A stretch of 63,244 nt of DNA, the filler included, from Perkinsus chesapeaki ATCC PRA-425 (taxonomy: Eukaryota > Protista > Perkinsozoa), in NCBI GenBank assembly GCA_013115145.1. It is 6 parts of 6 records of this genome, joined end to end, with 100 filler letters (N's around TTAATTAATTAA, not from the genome) between each part and the next. Parts side by side here need not be neighbours in the genome. Positions count along the whole stretch, not along the records: positions 1 to 28,537 come from JAAPAO010000470.1; 5 more parts are not named here. One strand, written 5' to 3'. Below are positions 1 to 11,602 of this stretch, in pieces (position 1 is the stretch's first letter; each line of letters opens with the position of its first letter). The position numbers and the translations under genes are program-made. The notes under the pieces are model-generated. The model ran no database searches. It saw only the letters and a list, made by a program, of their open reading frames with translations, and was not told the DNA's origin.

Positions 1-1104
1 GAGATATCTTACGAGCGTTACTTGGCGAGCGAGACAATGGATGCGCTCGACGGAGCGTAGTGAATCGCCATGCGCATCTTACTTGGCGCTCGCCCGAAAT
101 GTATCTTGCGTGAAGGAAGCTAGAATCTTGAAAACTTGCAGTCTTTCTCCGCTCCAGGAACTGCTTTTCCGTTCAAACCGACCCTAGAATCGTGCTTGGT
201 TGGCTCGTCAATGAAACTAATACATCCCTTTTTATGGCCTCTATGACCTCTAAGGGACCCTCAGGGGCCTCCCCTGCTGTCTGCAGTTTCAACTATACCT
301 CTTATCGTCCAAACGAGTCCACTGTAGTGGGCAGCTTTGTGCCGTTCAAGCTACATTACCGTCTCCACGACTAGCCCTCTCTCTCAACATCTGTACTTTG
401 CCATTCTCTGTCGCCTTGTGGCACTGAAGGCCCTGAAGGGCTCTACCATCTGCAGTAGTCCCTGAGAGCTACAGCTTAGCCCCTATCACATGGAGCCGCT
501 CCAAAGTTGACTTGTTCTGGCATATTCCCCCTTGTGCAGTTGTGTATTTATCTCCCTCCTCGGTAGCCGAACGTCCCTCTATATCCCTCTATAAAACGGC
601 TAACACTAACATCGTAATGTCACATACTATCGAGGTGGGTCCAGCAGCCTACATCCACTCCTTGCCTTCGGTTTTGTCTACTTCTATTGTCTCGCCATTT
701 GAGAGATCTCTCGCGAATTGCTTTGGTTTCTATAGCGTGTTTATCTCTGATGGTGTTGCTTAGTCCCATCTCAGACTTTGGGATTGTTTCTCGTCGTATT
801 GGTCTCGCTATACCGATTTTTCCTCTAATGTGCTCGATTTGTCGTGATCAGATCCCCAGCTCCATTCGCGAGATCTTTGCCGGCAATGAGCGTTCTGACA
901 GCAGCAGTGGTTCCCCGGGGCCAGCCGCCTTGGATCACTTCGGGCCACCGGGCCTCCAGTCACCCCTCTCATCAATGGTGAGCGTTCGACCAGCTGCGCT
1001 CCGACGCTGCACGCATGTGTGCTGCGCGTGACGGCTGCCGATTTTGACTCTCGCGTTGTTTAAGTTTTACGATTTTTTTGTGCTGACAACTTGACTATAT
1101 CTCA

Positions 1105-4100
1105 GACGACTGATCTCTCTGGTCTGCAGACGTCTATCTGGACGCCTAAAGCAAGTGACCGCCCTGTTCGGACTCCTGGTGCTGCCGCAGGGTCCCTGGC
1201 GAGGACGACTGCTGGTGGTGGAGGCGACACAGCAAATGATGAACCAAGCACGGCGTAAGCAGGGACACTGTACAGGCTTTTGATATTCTTTTATATCCAG
1301 TTTTGGTTATTATCGGTCTTTGGGAGTTTATTGTTTCCAGGCCTCCGGGAATCCTGCAGGGTTTGTCTGCCTCGAGTGGATCGAGTCTTCAAGAGGATGC
1401 TGCTCCGTTCATCTCATCGCCGGGCTCTAGCGTGGGAGCAGGTGGTGCTGCCTCTTATGGAGGTCTCGATGGTGGTGGCAGCAACAACAATACATCACCG
1501 AGTGGCTGGCAAACCCTAGCATCAGTTGAACGGTACCTCGGGCTGTTGGCTGCTGATCGCCTTTCACGGTGTGTTTCGGTGCAGATCCCTCCAAGGTGGG
1601 ACGTCTCGAACGCCATCCGGAAGCGTTATGGGCCAGGACTGCTGGACACCTGCTACGCCGTCTGCAGATTGGGGGATGCCTTCATCATCTGGCAGAGGTC
1701 ATCACCCCATGGTGAGTCTCCTGAGGTCGGCAATGTGGTGAGGTTTGTTACCTGCAGGCTGCCACGGCTCCGCCGTTCGACGTCCGGTCCCCGTTTTCGG
1801 GTTTTGATGCTGCTCATCATCCGTTGTCATCGTCGTCGCCTTATAGCGCATTTGAGGGGTCGCAGCTTCATCAGTATCAACAACAGCAGCAGCAACAAGC
1901 ACCAGAAGAAGAGGGTTTTCACTACTTGCGTGGAGCGCTCTCTTCACCGAACTCGCCTGCGACTGCTGCTGCGACGGGAAGCTCGAGTTTAAACGGCGGC
2001 ACGCTGTCTGGCTTTGACAGGTAGGTTGGCTAGGACAGCAGCTCTTCATTGCTTGCTGAGTGCATTCTTGTTGTTATTGCATTTCAGCTCGTGTATGTTC
2101 CGTCACATTGCGAGCAGTCCTGTGATGTCGCAGCAGCATAGCAGTGGCAATATGGATTCGTTGGGGTACTCGACACCTCAGTTGAACAGGACCTCATCGG
2201 CAGCGACGGGTGTAACTCGGAACTGCGGGACTCCACGTGGTGAGGCGTTACTGGTGTGCTTTAGCGGAACTGATGGAGTTAGATATTTTTCGAGGCTCCC
2301 ACACTCAGCCGGCCTCGGCAGCAGCAGCAGCATCACACCAGGGAAGAGCATCTGGTGGCGGCAGGATGTACAGCCAGATGATGCTCGCTGGTGGTGGCGA
2401 AGTGTCGACACCTCAGGGCCATCGAGGAACAGGAGGAAGGTGGGCTTGCGCGTTCTCTTTACGGTTGTGTAGTTGTCTTGTTGCAGCGGCTCGAGCCCAT
2501 GGCCACCAATTCCCCTCCGTCATCAGTCCTCTACTGCTGGTTATGCTACTAGTGATGCCGCCTCCCAAAGAACGTCAACGACCCCATGCAGTACGCCCAA
2601 GCGAGGTGCAATGGAAATAGTTGTTATTTTGCGGATAGGCACATCTGGTGGGAAGATGAAGAGCAGCGTTATGGGTCACCATCATAGTAGCGCCCCCAGT
2701 GTGACGCTTGAAGAGGTGAGCTGAACTTGCTCATTGATGGGAATCTATGGCGGTGCAGATACAGGACAAGATCTTGGAGATGGCTATGGACCGCAGTGGC
2801 AGTCGTGTATTGCAGAAGCTAATTTCGGATACCTCAGCAAGCGCTGCCGATGGCGGGTCCCACGAGGAGCTGGAGAAGCTCATCGATACCATCATTCATG
2901 AAATACAACCGGTCAGTTGCCCCTCCCCCCGCGTCTTCAACTCAATCATTCGGTCAGGTCCTTTCCCGCATAATGTGCGACACGTATGCTAACTATATGT
3001 GCCAGCAGCTCTTTCAAGTGTCCTCGGCCGCCCAGCGGATAGCTTTACTGCGGAATGTAGACCAGCTCTGCCATCTTCAGCAAGTGATTCGATTACGCGC
3101 CGGCTTGGATTCAGGTGCTGGAAAACATTGTCTACATTTCGCAAGATCGCCGCGGTACCCACTCCCTCCAGGTAGTAAGAGTGCGTAGTAGCAGCGGTAG
3201 TTGTGTCCTTACCCTCTGTTGTCAGGCTTTGATAGCATGCATGCAGACCCCTCAAGAGCATGCCTTGTTAGCGGAGACGCTACATGGCAACGTGAACAAG
3301 ATGGCTCTAGACGTTCATGCGACTCATGTGAGGCTGAGTCGCTGATGAGCGATGGAGCCAAGATGCTATTGTTTAGGTTTTACAACAGACAATCACCAAG
3401 TGCACTCCTGATGGACCGGGCCAAGAGTACAGTCACCTTCCCATGGCCGACTTTGGTTTCATATTCGAGGACATTTATAGGAATCTTGAAGCCTTAGCTG
3501 GTAGTATGCATGCCAGCAGCCGCCGTCGATGGCACTGCCAGTGACGAAGATATGTGGGTTTCAGGCGACCCGAACGGCCTTGGTGTTGTGAAGAAGTGCA
3601 TCTCGCACGCACCGTGGTATGGTGATGGTTCGTACGTAGAAAAATACAAGTCGAAGATGCTGAACAAGTTACAGTAGGGCGACAGAGCTCCGCCATCGAC
3701 TCGGGGGGCTTCAACTCGCGGTGCTTGTTAGGTATTTTGTTGAGAACCCGTATGCTAATTATGCTGTTCAGCACGCCCTGGAAATATGGGTGAGTTGTTG
3801 GGACGGTAGAGCGTGCATCAGTCTGTGATATCTATTTCATCATTAGGGCGCGGATGTTTGCAGTGACATCATCACCAAGATATCGGAGAGTATAATATCA
3901 ATGGCAATCCACAAGTTTGCGTCCAATGTTGTCGAGACAGCTCTCAAAGTTTCCCCTGACGATATGCGTAGGAGTGTCCCCCATGGTGGCGTGAGGAATG
4001 GTTACCTCGCTGTGCAGGTGTGATGCTAATCCATCGCTTAATCGACTATGGCAATAGTTCGTGCCAAAATGCAGCAATGATAACCCTGATGAACAGCGCG

Positions 4101-4388
4101 TAGGGCCCTAGGGCGACGGTCGTCGTCTGATAAAATACTGTACAGTAGCCTGATACGAATTGGTCAGATACGGTGTATTTGTGATGTCTACTGCCCTCCG
4201 TTTGGCGCCTTCTACGGAATTGTGCGAGCAGATCTACCGTGCGCTAGTGAAGTAACAAAGTTGGAGTGTTTCATTTCGAGCATTTGTGGAGTGAGTTCAG
4301 GAACTACCAGCGATTGCCAGATAGCCGTAACAAGCAAAAATGGGATAAAGTTCTTGTGATGGCCGAGAAGCGTTGCAAGAAGGTATAG
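1105..4388 (+). CDS. Pumilio/PUF-family RNA-binding protein, multi-exon; Gln/Ser/Gly-rich N-terminus (start approximate)
   Basis: Exons give successive PUF-repeat motifs: EMAMDRSGSRVLQKLI (~2775), CDTYANYMCQQLFQ (~2980), ISQDRRGTHSLQ (~3135), MALDVHATH (~3301), NPYANYAVQHALE (~3745), MAIHKFASNVVETALK (~3901), YGVFVMSTAL (~4170). Last exon ...AEKRCKKV* ends TAG 4386-4388. Confidence 0.8.
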
Positions 4389-4759
4389 ACGGTAGAGGCG
4401 GTGATGTTGGCGGCTGCTGAGTATTGGTATAAGCAACGATTAACCAAATATATTGCCTGGCTTTCCATAATTGTCATTACGACCTTATTACTAGTTAATA
4501 ATTATTCATATACATTATCGAACCTTATGTTAAAATTATATTTATGATGATTACATTTCATTGCTGACTGACTGTTGTTTCTGCTGCTGCTACTGCTGAT
4601 GATGATGCACACACGTAACACTGGTGATAATAATACCTTTGCTGATTGATCACGATTTACCATCCACTAAATTTCCTAAGCTTAGATGGTCGGGGCCTTC
4701 TGGTCTCGATTACTCGCCGCTCCCTTTGTTTTGTGTTGTTAACCGACTCGTGGTTTTAG

Positions 4760-5243
4760 GAGCAACAGTCAGCAAATGACTCGCAAATGGTGGGAGGACT
4801 TGAGGCTCGGGAAGAGAAGACTGCCGTTGGGCAGATCGCTGCTGATGGAGAGGAGCAAGCCAACTGCAAGGGTAATGCGAAGAGCCTGGGTAGGTTTCTG
4901 GTTTGATTCGTCGATGGTGAGTTGCCGAGCGTCTCGTAATGTGATATCTGAAAGGTGCTGTGAGTGAAGGCTCTGTTTTGTCCTCGAGCTCCGATGGTGC
5001 TAGTCGCCCCTCAGGTGGCCATTTTCATACTGCCATAGGGGTAGAAGGCTCCACTGAGTATGCAGGTATTGAATGTCACGTGGTAGGTATCAGCCATACC
5101 TTCTCCAACTCCGTGGAGTAGGGACCGTAACGCGTCCGCCGACGCGTAATACCGTTTTTGTGACGGTGGTTAATAGCAGCATCAGCGATCTTGAAGTTTC
5201 GTCGATTAATATGCTCGACAAGAAGGCCTCCTTCTCCTCCTGA
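4760..5243 (+). CDS. Possible small spliced hypothetical gene fragment
   Basis: Three AG/GT-bounded open segments can be joined in frame (EQQSANDSQMVGG..., AVSEGSVLSS..., YQPYLLQLRG...FSS*). No recognisable motif. Confidence 0.2.
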
Positions 5244-5330
5244 GTAACTCTATCCTACCATTTCCAGTTTGTCGTCATCTGCGGACACTAACTGCCTAGT
5301 CTCGTCTACCTTGTGTGTGAATAACTACTG

Positions 5331-5352
5331 TCATCATCATCATCATCATCAT
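5331..5352. repeat. (CAT)n microsatellite
   Basis: About 7 perfect CAT units visible. Confidence 0.9.
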
Positions 5353-7738
5353 ATCGATCCATTTTTTCGGTGAACCAGCTTGGCTCACCCGGTGAGTGCT
5401 CGCGTTAACTCGGGGGTGTGCATCGTTGATTGCTCTTGTCTGTTATTGGCGATCGGAGGGAGGCCTATGTGGTGGTATCCTCACTGGATAGATGATAATA
5501 CTGTAAGTCGCTCACGGAATGGTAACCTGTGTTGGTACTAATCCCCATTTCAGGTACATTGCGTTATAACTAAAAGTGTGGTTTTTGCTTATATGTTCCT
5601 GGTAGTATAATACTCCTATATTGGTTTTACTCATCATAGTTAAGTGCCTGTATCTTGATGGTTTGCCGACGGGAGTTTAGTATATCAGGACAGTATGATT
5701 GTTTGCTGATGATGATTGCGCATTTAAACAGCTCTGGAACTATTCCAGTGCGTAGTCGTCAGCTCCGTATTAACAAACCTATTATCCTAGCAGTCTTACT
5801 TATCGACTGCCCAGTCTGTACCTTTACCTCACATTTTTTCGTGAGCCAACTCTGCTCCTTACGACCATTATAATACAACAAGAGAATAGGGCTGAGGACC
5901 GGTCACCGTAAATTGCTTCATCCAAATTGTGTGCCTGTCGAGATGAGATTACTCTCTCATGTGTGGCAGAATTGTTGCGGTTGTCTTCTCATAATCCGAT
6001 TGATATCCTAACGACCGTGTCTTATCCGCTTAGCCCTAGTAGAAACAATGTCTCATTTCTCCATCGTACACCAATCACGCTCATCATTACTCTAGAAAAA
6101 TATGGTTGTCCTGCGAAGTCGGCTCGTTATAATTGTAAGTAAAACAGTTTAGGGTTGCCTGTGAATGTGATAGTTCAATTATGCTTGTAAAGGTATATAT
6201 ATACTGTTGCGTTGATTCTAGTGAATGCGGCGGAAGCCTCCAACCGTGTTAAGAACCCTGTTTTGCACAGCATCTGGACGTGTAGGTGTAACGTCTACTG
6301 ACGCTGGCCTCTCGAACTGATGACGATTTTGAGTGGCTGATATTCATTTACGAACCACAGTCACATACGAACCCTTTTGTCCGATCAAGTGAATACGAAA
6401 GAACTATCTTGATACGAAGCGTGCCACATGTTGAGAACCCGAAAATAAAACAACCAAGGTTTGAGCCGAGATGGTGATTGCTATAACACAGTAATACGAT
6501 TTATAGTAGTGCTACAACATAGTAACTCGAGGTTTCACGCTTGGTATGTAAATTACTAACACGATTCGTTTATATCACGTACGATCGTTGATGTGAAGTA
6601 GAACGGCGAAGGATGAGCGGAGTTCTCACTGGACCGGTGTTACAACACGGTGCTAGAACACCGGTGCTGCACAACAACGGGTTGAGCCGGGTCCAGCAGA
6701 GTACTCTCGTAAACTGCGAATCGTAATCATGGTTAGACATATACTAAGCAAGGATCACAACAATCGTATAGCTTTGCACTTGACAAGTGCTACTTGCTGC
6801 CCTCAAGAGGGCTCCCAACTGACCCGAGGAGATTGCCCGATTTCAAGTCGTGCGATTTACGTGTAAAAAGGTGCCGACTCTCACAGTCTGGCTGGGAGCT
6901 TGGCCCTGCTCGAGGGGACTCCTGTCACCACTCGGCGGGCCAGCTTTGGGGAGTTTGACGCTTCTTCCCGACCATTGCAACTACCTTAGTGATTAGCCTA
7001 CTTCAGGGAATCGCCAAGGCGGCGCTGCTCGGTGCCAGGGGAGGTCACGGGGGCCTACTACAGCTCTACAGGACTGGGACCATCGGAATCACACGCATCT
7101 ACTAGAAACACGCCTAAGCGCTACGTCAGAAGAACGAGGGAGAGAAGCTCCCGGTTATATAGGGATCCACGAGAGAGGGATCGTGTTATTCGGAGGTCTT
7201 AAGAGAAAGAGCGGTATGATTCAAGGAGGTTGTACGCGTGCGTGCACTGTGCTAGTTGGTGGTTCATCGCTACAGCAGGTATGTTCAGTCGTTGGGGATG
7301 TGCAATGGAACATTCTCGCATTACAACGCGGGGTCTTCGGAAAGAGCAATAGAGCCTGTGTGTTTCTGAGCTAGCGAAGTAAGTCAGATGAGTGCACCCA
7401 GATGAATACCTGTGGGGCCAGTAGCGAAATGTAGCACCATGCATTTACTTTCATGTATACCATGACATCCCTAGTTCGCCTCGTTTGAGACTAATATTGC
7501 CGAGGCCGCTTTTGCTTAGTAATGTCAAGATCCCCCATAACTATACAACTCAAAACGTAATTAATGTTCGTGCTACACGGTTTTTGACCGCCCTATCCAG
7601 GCGTCAATGTTAAAGAATGAACCAGTAATGTATAGAACAAGGAACTCGAATACGCAAAACGCGACTGTATCATTCGATGACAAGTCATTCAACAGTAAAC
7701 CTTACTCTAGCATCTAGGAACGTTGAGTCTGAACGTAC

Positions 7739-8186
7739 TTAGTAGACGTAGTTCTTGACATAGTTAGACTCGTTGGCGGCGGCATCGGAAGAACCCTGGT
7801 ACTTACCGAGCTGGGCCTCAGAGTTAGCCTTGGCACGGGCCAACAAGACAGCCTGAGCGGCCTTGGTGTTCTCGGCCTTGCCAGCCCAGGTCTTGATGGT
7901 AGAAGCCTGGAGGGCACGGCCATAAGAGAAAGTGAGAGCCCAAGGGCGACGCTCCTTGGGGAGAACGTTCATGGCGTTGAGGTTGACGGAAGCCATCTCC
8001 TCGGACTGACCACCGGAAAGGAAGGTCACACCGACGAGGNNNNNNNNNNNNNNNNNNNNNNNNNNNNNNNNNNNNNNNNNNNNNNNNNNNNNNNNNNNNN
8101 NNNNNNNNNNNNNNNNNNNNNNNNNNNNNNNNNNNNGCGGTGGCGATGAGCTCAGCCTCGTACTTGTAACCAGTGGTGTAAGGCAT
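7739..8186 (-). CDS. FBA: Fructose-bisphosphate aldolase class I, interrupted by N-gap 8040-8136
   Basis: N-terminus [17 protein letters not shown] (ATG 8186). C-terminus [11 protein letters not shown]...[13 protein letters not shown]...NYVY* has class I aldolase signatures and the terminal Tyr. Strong G/C-ending codon bias. Confidence 0.95.
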
Positions 8187-9287
8187 ATTGAATGGAGTAA
8201 GTTGAATGAACGACTTGTGAAAGCCTGGTAAGGTGAAAAAGCTATAGCTCGGCGAAGCCAAATGTCACTCGCGCTCGGATTTCTAATCGATACGCGTACA
8301 TCCAGCGTCTTATCTCCGTCGACTCGGTTCTACCGGCGTCGAGCTCGTTAAATCCTGAAGCCACTGGCTGGCGTTGTCTTAGAAACAATGACTTGAGAGT
8401 GGTCGCGGTACATTGCAGAGAGCTCATTCCTTCTTGTCTTATCCCGAGGGCAAGAAAGCCGACGGAACTCGCAGGTTTCGGAGAGTAGACAGCCGCACAC
8501 AATTATCTTGCAGCAATATCGGCGCACCATTGGTATACCAGGAGAGCTCAGTCGGGTATTTTTTGGGAAGGATTCCGGGATATAAGGCCTCATAGCCCAC
8601 ATGAGGGGACTTCGGGACTGCCTCTGTCTTCCTGCTTGAATTTAGTAAATTGAATAAAGCTGATATTAACCACCTGCTGATTGTTGTATTTATAAACACA
8701 CGATCGTAGGAAAATAACCTTCAAAAATTCTAGGACCTTCTCGATCACTTTCTCTTTCGAATAATCCGGACAACGTCTCAAATATCTTCATGAAGCACCA
8801 ATGCCCCGAGCTCGAGTTAATTTAGTGCCACGGAATTCGCTCGCCTTGTGTGCTTGACAGTTTCAGATTGTTTCCTTCGTGCTACTCAACTTAAAGTCGG
8901 TTGATGCTATAACATGCTTTGGTTCGTTCAACATTGGCGAAGAAATTGATTTTAATTAATAAGCTGTAACCGAAATGAATACAAACACTGCAGTTTGTGA
9001 CATTGGACCATGGAATACATTCCAAGTTGGACTAATCTTCAGGACAGTGTCCTCATTGTGATGCACATGTTAGTTCACTATTGACCTATTAGTACTGCTT
9101 AGGTTGCACCTATGAAAGCAACGGTCTCTCCAAGGCCTACTCGGCTTTGCACGGGTTGCGTTGAAGTCTCCCAGGGGAGTATAGGGATAACCACGTCTCG
9201 GGTTAATTGCGCAGTGCTTGGCAGAATCTCGTTTTCCTTTACCTCGGAGGGTAAAGTCGCTAGCACTGCTACCTCTCGAGCCTCGAA

Positions 9288-11524
9288 ATGTCCGACAAGA
9301 ATGGTAATTCTTCATCGGCCATGACTGAGAAGGAACGGAAGGAGGCCTTCAACAGGATGCTCGAAGAGTATGAGATCAGCTCCAAGTACCAAGCAAAATC
9401 TTCGTAGTGCGCAAAGATATTTTTCGAATGCTAGGATGAAGTGGCATGAAGTCGAAAAAATCATCAAAGATGACTGGCGATTCGGACTTTGCAAAAATAA
9501 TGGTATCGAATAGAAATAGGCAAACAATTCCAACGGCTGGTTGCAGGTCAACGCAAGCAGTTCTTGTCCGAGTACCAGAGCCGAAGAGTGAAGTTCGAAC
9601 AGACCGAGGGCCGACATAGAGAGATGCAGGCGAAGAAGGAGTTCAGGGTAACTGATGGTAGTGGTAGAAGAAGGGACTTGGTCGGGATCAGGAGCAGTTG
9701 GACAAGTGGCTGAACTCGCAAATGGAGGAGCAGGCTGAGAAGGAAAAGAAGGAAGCTGAGGCGGTTAACACGGATATGCCTACTATTACCGATGAGACTA
9801 AGAAGCCGCCTGAGAATCCTTTCGCAGCTCTTATGGAGGATGGCAGCCGTAATAGCTCCGAGGAAAGGAGGCATCTCGGACGAGGTTATCTTGTTCAGCA
9901 TTGACTTTCGAGAATGTCACTTTCCGCGACCTGGCCTATGCGTGGAGGAAGAAGGACTTTTGGAAATTTGCCCATGAGGATGTAATAAGGTTGGATTTGA
10001 GTGGCATATTCCGAGCTCTTCATCCTTCCTCAAGGAACTGGTTCTGAGAATCAGAACTGGAATCGGAATGGACGTTTGTTAAACGGCAACCTGCCTTGCC
10101 TCTCCGTGCTCCCGTTGAACTGCAAAGACTTATCAGGAGCTCGATCACATCTATCAAGACTTCATGGATGAGAACGAGGGCAAGATGCGCGACATAGCCC
10201 GACGGGACAGGATCAGGAAGATGGACAAGCTCTTTGTTGTGTATTCGAAGCATCCTCAAGTCAACAGGCTCACCAAGTACTCGGAGGCTTATCGGGAGGC
10301 CGCACCATGCTTGGGTATTCAGGTGGAACGACGTCTGCCATTTCATGTCGGAGAAGTTTCCAGAGGAGTTCCGCGCCGTGGAGCCTCTGGACAGGTTGGC
10401 CGTGTGGGAGAGATGGATTAAGGAGGCTGATGAGAAATACAGGGTAGTGCGGGAAAGGGGAAGTGTTATGACGTGTCGGCTCAGATCGAGCGAGAGAAAG
10501 CTAAGCGACGTGCAGAGAGGAAGCATAGGGACAAGTTCCGAGAGATGCTGGTCCACGATTATATGGAACAGATACACAGTGAGCCTCTGCCAGCAGCCCG
10601 GGGAATCCTTTTGGGCAGATGGCGTGTCTTGGTTTGACCTACACAAGGACTTGAAGGATCGTGAGGCTTATATCGACCTCATAGGCAGTCGGAACTCTAG
10701 CCAGCCGTACGATATATTCAATGACATCTGCAAGGAGGTGGGAGCTTCACGTGGGGGGCGGCGTGGCATTGGGGTGGTAGGTGCGACGAGAAGCCAGGCA
10801 GAAGAGGGCTCAGTTGGAGCTGGAGAAAGAGCGCAAGGCGAGGTCGGAGCGCCTCGAAAGTCAGAATGAGCACGGAACGAGGAAGCCTATAAATGTAATG
10901 GGAAGCCCGTGGCGTTTGGCTACTGGTAAGTCGGTCAGGCGTTCGATGTGGCCGCGCCAAAGAAGAGGGATATATCTGCGGAACCGAAGAAGGAACAGTC
11001 CAAGAAGGTCGCTGCTAAACAGGAGCCTCCCAGAAAGGCCAGAGAGGAGTCGCCGCGCTCTGATGACAAGTCGCCTCGGAAGAGCTCGCGTTCGGCGGAC
11101 AGAGAGAGCCGGAGACGCCCTCGTGAGGATGACCGACGGGGCCGCTATGAGGATGATGATGAAGAGGAGCACAGGAGGTCGGTGCATCGACGCAGGGAGT
11201 CTAGTGAGGAGAGACGACCGTCTCGAAGGAGAGACCGCTCGGAGGAGTATTCCCGGTCTGAGCGAAGGAGGTCCGAAGAGGAGGGCAGTAGAAGGCGGAG
11301 GCGCTCTGATGAGAGAAGTCGATCCAGGGAACGTCGCAGACGTCGATCTTCATCGGCAGATCTCCGACGGAGAGGTACGGTCTCTAGGTGGTCTTTAGTG
11401 AGGTGCTGTGGTTTCAGGAAGCCCCTCCAAGGACCGCAGCCGAGATGCACCAGCGGCTGATGACGTTTCGGACATATCTGATGGAGGGGAAGCCGACGAT
11501 CGGAAGAGACGGAGGGAGCGATAG
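9288..11524 (+). CDS. PRP40-like FF-domain splicing factor with Arg/Ser-rich C-terminus, multi-exon
   Basis: FF-type segments KEAFNRMLEEYEI..., MKWHEVEKIIKDDWRF, WNDVCHFMSEKFPEEFRAVEPLDRLAVWERW, RKHRDKFREML, SWFDLHKDLKDREAY...PYDIFND. RS/RE-rich exon 10948-11376. Stop TAG 11522-11524. Confidence 0.78.
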
Positions 11525-11602
11525 GCTGACAACGATATTGACTTGGTTTTCATTGGGGGCTTGCGTGGTGTTGGCCGGGCTGGACTTGTCGATAGGTTTC
11601 TA

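Noticed and set aside
1-1030. Possible decayed retroelement or gene remnant on the minus strand
   Set aside because: A long frame with several stops but no diagnostic motif I can support.
6453-6475. Partial SL-like match (CCATCTCGGCTCAA) on the minus strand
   Set aside because: About 15/21 identity with a wrong terminal base and no following gene.
6287-6665. TGTAAC...TGTTACA as a small LTR, and a 9-bp inverted repeat (6633-6641/6657-6665)
   Set aside because: Imperfect termini, no TSD, PBS or PPT; the short inverted repeat is within chance expectation.
8242-8800. Overlapping short ORFs upstream of FBA
   Set aside because: No frame gave a recognisable protein or a consistent exon chain.
10948-11460. 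Stand-alone SR protein
   Set aside because: Better explained as the RS-rich terminal exons of the PRP40-like gene; spliceable in frame.
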